DNA of 51,615 nucleotides, taken from the NCBI GenBank assembly GCA_043750125.1, contig JAYVCD010000031.1, positions 1-51,615 of the forward strand, written 5' to 3'. How positions within the stretch are numbered: the first letter of the stretch is position 1; each line of letters starts with the position of its first letter. The stretch comes from Archangiaceae bacterium (lineage in GTDB: Bacteria; Myxococcota; Myxococcia; Myxococcales; Myxococcaceae). Shown here piece by piece: positions 1 to 9,429 of this stretch. The notes under the pieces were generated by a model. That model made no database searches. It was given only the letters and a program-made list of their open reading frames with translations, and had not been told where the DNA came from. The position numbers were made by a program, and so were the translations under genes.

Positions 1-1132
1 ACAACGCGAGCCCCGATTGCAAGGTCCTCTTCTTCAACACCCTTTCGGAACCGACCGCGAAGAGCCTGCTCTATATCTGAAGAGGTTCTCTTTCTTCGAT
101 GCCCAGAAGTTCGGCAACAGCATCAAGTTCGTCGACCTCGGCCTCATGCTGCGGACCAAAGGTCTTTCGGCGGCCTCCAATCTGATCCTCGCGCAGTTGA
201 AGGAGTTTCAGCCCGCGATCGTGGTCATCGACAGCTTCAAGGTCTTTGACGATCTGGCGACGTCGAAGGAAGAGCTGCGAAAGTTCGGCTACGAAGTCGC
301 GATCAACTTGATGGCCTGGGAAGCCACCGGGCTGCTGTTGGGCGAGTACGCCCCCATCGACTACCAGACCAACCCGTTCTTCTCGATCGTCGACGGCATC
401 GTGCTGCTCTCGCAGCGCGAGGCGTTCGGGGAAGAGCAGCGCTTCTTCAAAATCGTGAAGATGCGCGGAACGGATCACAGCCGCCAGGAGCATCCCTTCC
501 TCATCGGTCGCGACGGCGTCGAGCTGTTCGCTTCTGAGACGACGATTCGTCGCGAACACGAGAGCGGTGCGCGGGAACGTTGCACCACCCACATTCCAAG
601 GCTGGACGAGCTGCTCGGGGCGGGCATTCCGTGCGGCTCGAGCCTGTTGATCGGCGGCGTCGCCGGCACCGGAAAGACGGTGCTTTCGCTGGAGTTCATC
701 TATCGGGGCGCGTTGGCGGGCGAGAAGGGGATCCTGTTCTCTTTCGAAGAGACCGAAGAACGTCTGTTGGCTGCCGCTCAGGGCCTGGGCTGGGATCTCG
801 CCCAGCAGATCGAGCGCGGAATGGTCGAGATCGTCTTCATCCCCCAACCGGACATCATGGTGGAGGCCCACCTGTTGATGATGCAGCGGCGGATCGAAGC
901 GATGAAGGCCAAACGCGTGGTCATCGATTCCGTCTCGGTCTTCCTCCACAAGGTGACCAGCCCGCAGCTGAGCCGCGTGAAGATCTTCCACCTGTGCAGC
1001 CTGGTCCAGAACGCCCAGGCGGTCGGCTTCTTCGCCACCGACATTCCCTACGGTTCGACCCAGGTCAGTCGTTTCGGCGTCGAAGAGACGGTCGTCGATG
1101 GGGTCATCATTCTCAGCTCGGTCGAAGAAGGG
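1..1132 (+). pseudogene. KaiC-like two-domain RecA-superfamily ATPase, 5'-partial, frameshifted near 72-80 and truncated near 1130
   Basis: Frame 3 from base 3 reads NASPDCKVLFFNTLSEPTAKSLLY then TGA (78-80). Frame 2 continues YLKRFSFFD...VVIDS...IVKMRGT...Walker A GVAGTGKT...FSFEETEE...VVIDSVS...VDGVIILSSVEEG. The expected final VYKLR segment is missing. Confidence 0.8.
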
Positions 1133-1297
1133 GCAGCCCAACTGCTTGCCAGCGCCGATTCTCTGGGGCTGCAGGTGCGCGCGATGGTCGACAAGGGGCT
1201 GATCGAGATTCTCTACATCTCGCGCGAGCATGTCCGGGCGGGCCAGTTCCTCACCGTGCTCGCCGATCGCCTCACCGATCTGAAGGCCTCTCGCCTC
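1124..1297 (+). pseudogene. Internal fragment of a second KaiC-like ATPase fused in frame to the first
   Basis: EEGAAQLLASADSLGLQVRAMVDKGLIEILYIS...ADRLTDLKASRL parallels the EETEERLLAAAQGLGWDLAQQIERGMVEIVFIP...KAKRV segment already present upstream, so it comes from a paralogous domain. Confidence 0.65.
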
Positions 1298-1749
1298 TTC
1301 GAGCCGCAGGACAGAGAGCGGGACCAGCAACTGACAGCGCAGCAAATCTGCCCACGGTTTCCTTCGATCGCGATCGCATCCTCCAGGTCCTCGCCAACCT
1401 CGTCGGCAACGCAATCAAGGCCACCCCTGAAAAAGGTCGAATCGCCCTCGCGGTCGACGCCGATGGAGACGCACTGCTGTTTTCGGTTTCGGATTCCGGC
1501 CGAGGGATCAGCCCGGAAAATGCGAAGCACCTCTTCGAGCGGTACTGGCGAGGCGACAAGGCTCAGTACAAAGGAAGCGGCCTGGGACTGGGAATCGCCC
1601 GGGGCATCGTCAATGCCCATGGAGGCCGAATCTGGGTCGACAGCATCGTCGGGCGGGGCACCACTTTCTACTTCACGGTTCCCCGCACCGACTCGAACGT
1701 TTCCGACCGGTCAGCCCGTCCTGATTCTGCTGCAACGGGCACCGTCTGA
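1295..1749 (+). pseudogene. C-terminal HATPase_c fragment of a sensor histidine kinase
   Basis: DRDRILQVLANLVGNAIKAT (N box), VSDSGRGI (G1), LFERYW (F), GSGLGLGIARGIVNAHGGRIWV (G2), GTTFYF. No HisKA domain or start; frame change near 1337. Confidence 0.8.
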
Positions 1750-1798
1750 CGCTCACCGATTGGTGCTCTGCCCCCACCCCACGTTCATCGGCCCCCCC

Positions 1799-3676
1799 TC
1801 AGCGCGGGTATGACAGCAGGTAGTCGGCCGCGCTGGCAGTGCCGGTGCCCACCACCACGGTGCCGTACCCTGCGATCCACAGACGCGAACCGGTGAAGGT
1901 CAGGCTGTTGATTCCGGTGGCGATGCGCTTCGACCAGGCGACGGCGCCGGTGGGGTCCAGCTTCACCACCACGCCGGAGCCCGAGGAGCTCACTTTCCCC
2001 GTCGAGGTCAAGTAGCCACTGCCCCACTCGGCGTAGCGCGAGTAGTACCCCAGCAGCGCGACGCTGCCGTCAGGACTGAGTGCTGCCCGCCACGGCCTGG
2101 AGTAGCCGTCTGTGGCCCACTGCGCCTGCAGCGCCGGATTGTATTTGACCACCACCGCTCGGCTGGTGAGGCCGGCTCCGGCGAAGAGACTGATGCCGCC
2201 GAAGTCGACGGTGTTGGAGTACTCCCCTACGAAGTACACGTCGCCGCTGGGTGAGACCAACAGGTCGTTCGAGAGCACCTGGCCGTTGAGCGCGCGCCCG
2301 CTCAAGAACACCCCGGCCGAGGAGTAGCGGGCGATGAAGCTGGCAGTCTGGAAATTGGCCTGAGTGAGCTGGAGCGTTTCGAACGTGGCGGGCCCACCGT
2401 AAATCTGCGCGCCAAACAGCACGTCGCCATTGGGAGCGAACGCCACCCCGCCGGGAGAATCGTCGAACCCCTTGCCGCCGCGCCTGGCCATCACGGTGGC
2501 GCTGCTGGCATCGAGCAGGCCGAAGAAAAAGTCGCCTCCGCCGCGATCAGTCAGCGCGCCGGTGCCGAGGTTCAAGGGTCCGGCGATGACGCCACTGATG
2601 GCGACCGCCCCGGCCGGCGAGACGGCGACCCGAGAGACGGCGCCGGTGCCCGCCCAACCCTTCGACCACACCACGGCTCCTGCACCGTCGAGCTTTGCCA
2701 CGCAGGGGCCGGCGGGCAGCGCGATACCGGCATCGGCGAAGTTCGCGTTCGACGAGCAGCGCCCACCCACCACGATGGTGTTCGGACCGGTTGCCACGTC
2801 GAAGATCTCGATCTGCCCTTTGTTGGGCAGGTGCTCGGCCCAGCGCACGGTGCCGGTTTCGCCGAACGCCGCGAGGTACCCGTCGCCTATCACCGGACCC
2901 GTGCCGAAGTTGACCGAGCCCGACGTCCTGCCGGCCATCACGAACCCGGCGTCGCCATCTGACGCCAGGTACATCGTGGGCGAGCTGCTGCCGGTTGTGC
3001 TGAAGGTGCTCAGCGAAGTGACGGGCGGGCTGCCGGCCTGCGCCTGAAACGCCGCCGTCACCGTCACGTCAACGGACGGGAAGCTGACCAGACAGTCCAG
3101 ACCATCGGTGCCGCAGTTCGTGCTCCACGAAGTGAAGCCGGTGAACTCGTCGTGGCCGACGGTGGCCCTGAACTGGCCGCCAGTGGCGCTGGTGGCCCGG
3201 CATACGCCAGGGCAGGTCCCCGAGGTTGACCCGTAGGTCCACTGCACGGCGCCGCCAGCGGCGCCCGAGCCGACCACGTTGATGGTGATGCTCGGCGCTG
3301 CCGTGCCTCCGCCGCTGCCGCCTGCCGAGCCACCGCCCCCGACTCCGCCCCCGACTCCGCCCCCGCCCCCGACTCCGCCCGCGCCTCCGACTCCGCCTGC
3401 GCTTCCGCCTCCGCCGTCACCTCCGCCTCCGCCCCCTTGCCCGCCCGCCCCGCCGGTGCCGGGCAGACATACCTGGCTCGAGCAGACCTCGGTGGCTGCG
3501 CACGTCTGGCAGGCCAACCCGCCGTTGCCGCAGCTTTGCTGAGCAGTGCCCGGCTGGCACATCCCGAGCGGGTCACAGCACCCCGTCGGGCACAACGAGC
3601 TGTCACAGGTGGGTGGGCTGGCGCAGCCGACCGCGAGCGCGCACAACCACAGCATCAATTGGAGTCGGATTTTCAT
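1799..3676 (-). CDS. Lipoprotein: Cys-rich N-terminus, Gly-rich linker, Ig-like domain and C-terminal beta-propeller repeats
   Basis: Start MKIRLQLMLWLCALAVGC (lipobox), CDSSLCPTGCCD motif, poly-Gly linker, repeated 'xKLDxxGxVxW' propeller blades typical of myxobacterial surface proteins. Confidence 0.75.
   Translation of the reverse strand: MKIRLQLMLWLCALAVGCASPPTCDSSLCPTGCCDPLGMCQPGTAQQSCGNGGLACQTCAATEVCSSQVCLPGTGGAGGQGGGGGGDGGGGSAGGVGGAGGVGGGGGVGGGVGGGGSAGGSGGGTAAPSITINVVGSGAAGGAVQWTYGSTSGTCPGVCRATSATGGQFRATVGHDEFTGFTSWSTNCGTDGLDCLVSFPSVDVTVTAAFQAQAGSPPVTSLSTFSTTGSSSPTMYLASDGDAGFVMAGRTSGSVNFGTGPVIGDGYLAAFGETGTVRWAEHLPNKGQIEIFDVATGPNTIVVGGRCSSNANFADAGIALPAGPCVAKLDGAGAVVWSKGWAGTGAVSRVAVSPAGAVAISGVIAGPLNLGTGALTDRGGGDFFFGLLDASSATVMARRGGKGFDDSPGGVAFAPNGDVLFGAQIYGGPATFETLQLTQANFQTASFIARYSSAGVFLSGRALNGQVLSNDLLVSPSGDVYFVGEYSNTVDFGGISLFAGAGLTSRAVVVKYNPALQAQWATDGYSRPWRAALSPDGSVALLGYYSRYAEWGSGYLTSTGKVSSSGSGVVVKLDPTGAVAWSKRIATGINSLTFTGSRLWIAGYGTVVVGTGTASAADYLLSYPR
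3300..3460. repeat. Low-complexity tandem CCCCGACTCCGC-like repeats encoding the Gly/Val/Ser linker
   Basis: Visible 12-mer-like tandem repeats; they translate on the minus strand to GGVGGGGGVGGGVGG. Confidence 0.7.
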
Positions 3677-3828
3677 GGCTGCTTCATTGGTCGAATGACG
3701 ATGTACCCCGGGGACAATTTGCTTGGTGCGCATCACCCCTCGACCCGAAACGTGCCCTGCCCGCGGTGGGTCGCAAAGGCACACACCGAAACACCTGCCT
3801 CTCGGGAAGGCAGGGAGACGCAAGCGCG

Positions 3829-4020
3829 ATGCTCGCCCGTCTGCCGGGCCTTCGCGAAGTGGTCCTCAGCAACGGCACCGCGTTGAAGTTCGGCGCAATG
3901 GCGATGCCCGAGCTGCGGCGCCTGATCGTGCACTCTCGAGGTCTCAACGCCGAGGTGCTGCGATCGGTCGGTGAGGCCCAACTCCCTCGCCTCGAACAAC
4001 TCTCGCTGAGCGGAATGAGG
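3829..4020 (+). pseudogene. Leucine-rich-repeat protein fragment
   Basis: LPGLREVVLS...MPELRRLIVHSRGL...LPRLEQLSLSG has LxxLxxLxL periodicity; both ends are missing. Confidence 0.5.
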
Positions 4021-4034
4021 TCAGGCGTGAGTCT

Positions 4035-4198
4035 GCCCGACCTCTCTGCGAGCGAAGCGCTTCGACTGCGTACTTGCCGCCCTCGACCCTCCGCAAGTAC
4101 GAGCCCACGTCGAGGTCTCCCATGGGATCGCATGCGATAATCCCGCCGGAGTTGAGGCGGAGGTGGGCCAGGGTTTTCACTTCCCGGACCACGGCCAT
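4035..4198 (-). pseudogene. N-terminal fragment of a DUF4241-like protein
   Basis: LRLNSGGIIACDPM...YLRRVEGGKYAV resembles the LxxPSGxIIACDP...RxVxPGxYPV motif of DUF4241; similarity ends after about 50 aa. Confidence 0.45.
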
Positions 4199-4243
4199 GC
4201 GCGCCGCCCCCGCATTGAGCAGGCCTGCCGTACCCCGACGGCT

Positions 4244-4777
4244 TCAACGGCATCTGGTCCTGACGATGTGGGAGCCGGTCGGGGCGGCACTCGAGCACTC
4301 ATATCCAGCGGTTTCGTCAGACCTGAGGCGAAGGGCTACGGCGACAGCAACGTTTGCACTCACCTGCGCCTGATTTGCTTCGCCCCCTGAAACGCCGCAA
4401 AGGAATTGCCAGGTCGCAAACGCATTTTTTCGCTTCTTGACGCCCCATCTTCCAGGCAACGCCGTTCGCGTCTCGAATAAATCGCGCTGCACGAGAACGT
4501 CGCACCCGTGTTCAAAACCTTTGCGGGTCGCCATCGCAGCAAAATGATTCAAGGTCTCAGCTTCAGGACCGGTCACCTCCACAACACCCACTGTCTGGTA
4601 CACGGGTGATTCTCGAACCTCTTTCGTCTCGTACAAGATCACGGGAGGTTGGGTCGGAGCCTTGAGATGGAAGCCCAGGTCAGTTTGAACGAAGTTCGAT
4701 CTCAACCCGGTGCACCCAATGGCAAGCCAAGATACGGTTACCAACACAAACTGAAGCCGAATCGAAGACATTGTCAT
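4244..4777 (-). CDS. Hypothetical lipoprotein
   Basis: MSSIRLQFVLVTVSWLAIGC lipobox-like signal; C-terminal CSSAAPTGSHIVRTRCR motif; lower GC than the flanks. Confidence 0.55.
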   Translation of the reverse strand: MTMSSIRLQFVLVTVSWLAIGCTGLRSNFVQTDLGFHLKAPTQPPVILYETKEVRESPVYQTVGVVEVTGPEAETLNHFAAMATRKGFEHGCDVLVQRDLFETRTALPGRWGVKKRKNAFATWQFLCGVSGGEANQAQVSANVAVAVALRLRSDETAGYECSSAAPTGSHIVRTRCR

Positions 4778-5013
4778 TGATTGAGACTCCCGACCTGATG
4801 AAGGAATTGCACTTGGCGGACTCGCTGTCTGTAGGCGGGTGGCCGTCAGATGTGACACGCGGATGTAGACAGTCACTCCGTCTCTTGCTAGGGAATTTCC
4901 ATCAGGCCCGAGAGACGCAGTCGTCGCAGGTGCCTGAGTGCCCCCTGCCCTTCGACCAGCGCGCGAACGTCAGCGGGTGTCTGCAGCATCGCTCGCGAGG
5001 CTCGACTGCGAAG

Positions 5014-5345
5014 TCACGGGGCGCACAACCCGTAGGAGCTCCAGTTGGGAATGGTGCGGCACATCAACGGCGAGCTGCACGAGGAGCTGCTTTCCACCGG
5101 ACACACCTTGCGGCACGTCCCCGACGCGCACGAGCCGTTGAAACAATCATTGGGATTGCTGCAGCTGTTGCCTGCGCTGCCAGTGCCCCAGTCGAGGCAG
5201 TCGGTCACCTCGTTCTTCCCGCTGACATTGAACACGTAGCAGCCCTGGCTTCCCCCGTAGCTGCCGACTCCGAGCGGGTACGCGCAGGCGCCCGAGCCGC
5301 AGTCCGAATGGGTGAGGCAATACTTGCGGCAGGTCGTCGTCGACA
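5014..5345 (-). pseudogene. 3' fragment of a Cys-rich myxobacterial surface protein
   Basis: TCRKYCLTHSDCGSGAC...CSNPNDCFNGSC...CRKVC...YGLCAP*; there is no plausible N-terminus because the upstream sequence is antisense AraC. Confidence 0.6.
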
Positions 5346-5359
5346 GAGGCCACAGCAGG

Positions 5360-5586
5360 CAGTCGCCCGGCTGGAAGCGGCGATTCTGCGGCGGATGCCT
5401 GCGCTGACGCCGAAGCACTATGCGCGGATCTCCCGGCTGGGAAGGGTGCTGCAGGGCGGCGAGGGGGCCTGGTCTGGCGTTGCGCTCGAGGCCGGGTTTC
5501 ACGATCAATCGCACCTGATCCGCGATTTTCGCGATCTGCTCGGCCTGACTCCCGAGCAGTTTCGCAAACGGCTGGCTCCGTACTGA
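5360..5586 (+). pseudogene. 3' fragment of an AraC-family regulator
   Basis: LTPKHYARISRL...VALEAGFHDQSHLIRDFRDLLGLTPEQF is the AraC second-HTH signature; the N-terminal domain is absent. Confidence 0.75.
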
Positions 5587-5698
5587 CGCGTCTTCAGCGA
5601 TTCGAAACCCCGAAGTGCGGCGCGACCCGGCCCCTCGACGACGCCGGTGAACGCATCGGCGCTGCGAACTCGCCCCCCCCCGACCCAGCGTGGCCGGT

Positions 5699-6886
5699 TC
5701 AACGCGGAGCCGAAGAGCCAACGACACGACGGCGACGCGCGAGTCCTGCGAGGGCGATCAGCAACAGCGGCGCGCTCGACGCGCTCTGGCAGTTGCAGCC
5801 CACGGTGAAGTACGAGTGCCCGGGACCACCGCCACCCGCATCGGCGATTCCCGCATCGGCAGTACCGGCATCGGGGGGCCGAATCGCCAGAACGAGGGAC
5901 GTGCCGATCAAGTCCGAAAACGTGAGGCCGATCGCCACCTGGGGCGCCGCGCCGGGCCGAAGGAAGATCACCCCGGACGTCTGCTCGAGAGCGAACGGAA
6001 CGCTGCCCATCGCGACACTGCACCTCGCATCGCTGTACAGCGCGCCCCCATCGACCGCCGCGCTGAAGGTCGCCGCGTAGGGAAGCCCAGCGAGGTTTCC
6101 GATCGAGTCGCTGACCGCTACTTCCACCGGCGCGCACTCGCCCTGGTCGACTGCGGCGCGGCCGGCATCGAGCCTCAGCCTCGAGGCCTGCATCCGGTCG
6201 GCGAGCCGCACGTCGTCGAAGTCGAGTTGGCCGACAAAGCGGCTGTCTTCCGAGAACGGCTCACCCAGTGCCAACTCGCGCAGGTTGAGCCCACCGAAGT
6301 CGACCTGCTCCTGCGCGACTTGCACCGCGTCGATGTGAACCGTGCGCAAGCCCGCATCGGTCCCCAGGCCTTCCAGGGTGCACTCGATCAGCACTTTGGA
6401 GCCCGACGCGAGCCGAACGCCAGAATCCATGACGGTGAAAGTCCCCGACCGGGAATCGCCGCCGAGCGTGATCAGGCCTGCGGGAAAGACGACCGAGACG
6501 TCGCACAGCGAACGGCGGTTCGCCGCATCGGACAAGATCTGCCCAATCACCGCCGAGCCGGCCGGGCTGGTCGAGGTCGCCTTGAACTGAAAACGCAGCT
6601 GCGCCTTCGGCATCGGGGCGCCGGTGACCGTGACGTACACCGCGGTGTTGTCGGCCCTGCCGGTGACGCTCAGTTGGTCGTCGATCCGCATCCCTTGCAT
6701 CCCGCGGGTGGCTGCGCTGGTGCTCAGTGCACACGTGGACCCCGGCCGAAGATCGACGGTCCCCCAGGGCCCGGGCGGGTTGTCCGAGCTCACCAGCGAG
6801 CCCTCGAAGTCGGAAGTAAAGCGCTCGCCCGCGGCCTGGGCCTGGCAGCACATCAACACCCCCAACAGCGCGATTTCCCCTTTCAC
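5699..6886 (-). CDS. Secreted protein with a MYXO-CTERM-type sorting signal
   Basis: GTG start VKGEIALLGVLMCCQAQA signal peptide; DAG repeats; C-terminal YFTVGCNCQSASSAPLLLIALAGLARRRR (Cys motif, TM helix, Arg cluster). Confidence 0.7.
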   Translation of the reverse strand: MKGEIALLGVLMCCQAQAAGERFTSDFEGSLVSSDNPPGPWGTVDLRPGSTCALSTSAATRGMQGMRIDDQLSVTGRADNTAVYVTVTGAPMPKAQLRFQFKATSTSPAGSAVIGQILSDAANRRSLCDVSVVFPAGLITLGGDSRSGTFTVMDSGVRLASGSKVLIECTLEGLGTDAGLRTVHIDAVQVAQEQVDFGGLNLRELALGEPFSEDSRFVGQLDFDDVRLADRMQASRLRLDAGRAAVDQGECAPVEVAVSDSIGNLAGLPYAATFSAAVDGGALYSDARCSVAMGSVPFALEQTSGVIFLRPGAAPQVAIGLTFSDLIGTSLVLAIRPPDAGTADAGIADAGGGGPGHSYFTVGCNCQSASSAPLLLIALAGLARRRRVVGSSAPR

Positions 6887-6914
6887 CGCCCGCAATCTAC
6901 CTATGTCCAGACCC

Positions 6915-7299
6915 GTCCCCTTGCGAAAGGTACAGGACGGAGCCTGGGTGAGGAGCTTGCCGATGAAGCTCTTGATCGCCACCGCGCGCTTGCGCTGGGG
7001 ATCCGTCGGGCACCCGGTGCAGCTGGTGAAGGTCTCGTTGGACCCCGAGGCATCGACGAGAATTGCGAAGACCCCGAAGTCACTCCCGGGGCGGGGGACG
7101 CAGAGCGTGGTGGCGCATTGGCCGGCTTCGCATCGAAGCCGCACGTCGCCGCGAGGCCGAAGTCGGGTGAGCCCGCGTCCAGATAGAACGGCAAGGGGGC
7201 CCCGGACAGAACAAGGGGGTGGACGACCGGGCCGGAGCAGGCCACCGCGAAGGCCGGCCGACTTCGAAGGTCGTGCGAAGCATTCACAAATACGAACAA
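6915..7299 (-). pseudogene. Frameshifted, truncated VWA-domain lipoprotein remnant
   Basis: One frame gives AVACSGPV...LDAGSPD; the next gives FAILVDASGSN (MIDAS DxSxS) ...TDPQRKRAVAIKSFI, which then runs into the MYXO-CTERM gene. Confidence 0.45.
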
Positions 7300-7444
7300 T
7301 CACGTCTAAAACTTAGAACTTGCCTGAATCGGTTCTGGGCGACGGCAGGACACCCGCGTCACGGGGTGCGCCGCGCACTGGTCTCTGCCTGAAGTCGGAC
7401 CACCCGGTTGGAGCTTGGTACAGGCGGTGCTCTGTCCCCGGCAC

Positions 7445-7930
7445 ATGCGCCTCCTCTTTACCGTCTTCACCCTGCTCGGGACGATCGCGTCGGCCAACGG
7501 AACGATCGTCAACACCCAGCCCGACCCGGCGACAGATCTCAAGATTCGGCCTTCCCCCCGCGTCCGCCTGTTGGAGATCGACACCGAGCTTCGCGGGCTT
7601 GATCGACGAACCTCAGCGGGCGAGGTGTTCGGACAGAGCATGAGGAAAATGGCTCCATTCATCGGGCTGAGCGCCTCTCCATTGGGGGTGGTAGGCGCGG
7701 TGATGGGAGCGTTCCACAGCAACGACCTCTTCACGGGCTCGCCGGTGGTGATGCTGGGCATCGTGGGGGTCGCGGGGGGACTTGCGTTGTTGGGCGGACT
7801 GGTCGCCGTGGTGGTGAGCTCGCTGTCGGTCTTCACCCACTGGGTGGACGAAGCGGGAACCGCGGGCCAGCGCGCAGAACGAGCGGATCAACTGCACAGC
7901 GAACGGGAGGCGCTGCTGCTGCGAACCTGA
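7445..7930 (+). CDS. Hypothetical membrane protein (signal peptide plus two TM helices)
   Basis: MRLLFTVFTLLGTIASA signal; hydrophobic stretches; charged C-terminal helix. Confidence 0.55.
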   Translation: MRLLFTVFTLLGTIASANGTIVNTQPDPATDLKIRPSPRVRLLEIDTELRGLDRRTSAGEVFGQSMRKMAPFIGLSASPLGVVGAVMGAFHSNDLFTGSPVVMLGIVGVAGGLALLGGLVAVVVSSLSVFTHWVDEAGTAGQRAERADQLHSEREALLLRT

Positions 7931-7965
7931 CCGCGCGCCGGCCGCTGCAAACGCCGAGCTCGCGT

Positions 7966-8544
7966 TCAGTAGCCCAGGCCAAAGTCCGCGGTGTGAAGCA
8001 CGCTCTTGTCCGGCAGGTGCACCGCGTAGAGCGTGTCGGTGTGGGTGTCGTCGAGGTAGAGCAGGTCGAAGCGCACGCCTCCAATCACCCGCGTCTGATC
8101 TCCCGAGATGAGCTCGGTGGGGGGAAGGACATCGCTCGCATCCACCCGCGCCCAATATTGGGGACACTTGACGTGAGCGATCACGTGCAGCGGTGCGAGG
8201 ACCGCGCCGCCTCGCACGTGGTCCAGGTGGTAGTGGCTGTAGATCAGGGTGTGAATCGGCTTGCCGGGGAAGCGGGCGGCGAGCGCGGCTTTCATCAACG
8301 TGGCGGCGCGGACGTTGAACGGGTCCGTCACCACCAGGCCCTCGCTCGTTTCCACAATCAGGTTCCGGTACCAGGTCCATCGGAAGGTGTAGACGCCCTC
8401 GGTCACCTGCTCGAGCTCGGATTCTTTCGGCGAGTCGAAGTGGGTGTAGTTGGCCGTCGACCCGATGATCTTCCGCATCACGAAGACCTTGGGCGAGCAG
8501 GCACACAGCGCGACCACCACCAACGCGAGCCTTTGCGTTTTCAC
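7966..8544 (-). pseudogene. Metallo-beta-lactamase-fold lipoprotein, apparently 3'-truncated
   Basis: GTG start overlapping the upstream stop (GTGA), lipobox LCAC, SHYHLDH (HxHxDH), HTD, and TAD motif followed almost immediately by a stop. Confidence 0.65.
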
Positions 8545-9349
8545 TGGGCCACCGCCGCACACCCGGCCGCTTCGCACGTGAAGGCGCGGATCCGATCGGC
8601 GAGTGCGTCGGGGCGATCGAGGGCGGGAAGAAGCGTTCGTCGTCACACCAGACGAGCAACGACGAGCCCTGGAATCGAGGCAGGCGCCGGGCGACCCCCA
8701 GCGTCACTTCGGGTGAGACGCCCCGCAGGTACTTGACCGTGTCACGCCGGATGCCGGCGTCGCGCGCCGCCGGTTCGACGAAGCCATCGAGGATCTCCGG
8801 AGCAATCGGCCGACGGGTCAGCGCCCCATACGCAATCGACAGCTTCCGCAGCGCGGGGAAGTGGAGCAGCGAGAGCGCGAGCAAGTAGAGCAGCCCAGGA
8901 AAGTGGGGCAGCCAGCGCAGGTAGCCGAAGCCGGGCGGAGGGTAGACTTCGAACCCATCGCATGGAGTGAGGACCAACCGCTCGATGCTGTCGGGGTGAT
9001 CGGCGGCGACCAATTGGCACAGCGCTCCGCCGGTGTCGTTGCCGATCAACGTCACTGCTTTGAGCTCGAGCAGGCCGATGAACTCGGCAATCAGGCTCGC
9101 CAACCCGTCGGGCGAAAGGTCGGCCCCTTCGGCCATCGGCACCGGGTGAGACCCCAGCGGCCAGTCGGCCACGATGCACCGGTGGGTCGCCGAGAGCAGA
9201 TTGGCGGTGTCGTGCCAGAGCCGGCCGTTGGCCAGAAATCCGTGCACGAAGACCAGCGGCTTGCCCTGGCCAAAGTCGCGGTATTGCACTGGGCCGAAGC
9301 GGGTGTTCAGGGTGCGCGGAACGGCGGCGTCGAAGTTGTCGGTGGTCAT
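8541..9349 (-). pseudogene. Alpha/beta hydrolase with an internal deletion and frameshift near 8622
   Basis: VFVHGFL oxyanion motif and GNDTGG nucleophile elbow. DDERFFP jumps directly to the true C-terminus (LDRPDALADRIRAF...AQ*, stop 8541-8543) in another frame. Confidence 0.75.
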
Positions 9350-9429
9350 GCCCCCAAGATGCCCGCCGTGCTTCGGGCTCTCAATTCCCTGTGAGGTAGG
9401 GCGGCGCTCTTTGTAGTAGCTGGCTGCGG

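Noticed and set aside
78-80. In-frame TGA in the KaiC-like gene as selenocysteine
   Set aside because: Homology continues in a different frame, so this is a frameshift, not read-through.
3300-3460. Tandem repeats as a CRISPR array or regulatory VNTR
   Set aside because: No unique spacers; they encode a Gly-rich linker. No CRISPR array or cas gene was seen in the window.
7966-7968. Early TGA of the MBL gene as selenocysteine
   Set aside because: The same frame after the TGA is Arg/Ala-rich and not MBL-like, and the position is not a Cys site.
7613-9349. 578-aa ORF as a hydrolase fusion protein
   Set aside because: The second half is out-of-frame read-through caused by the deletion near 8622.
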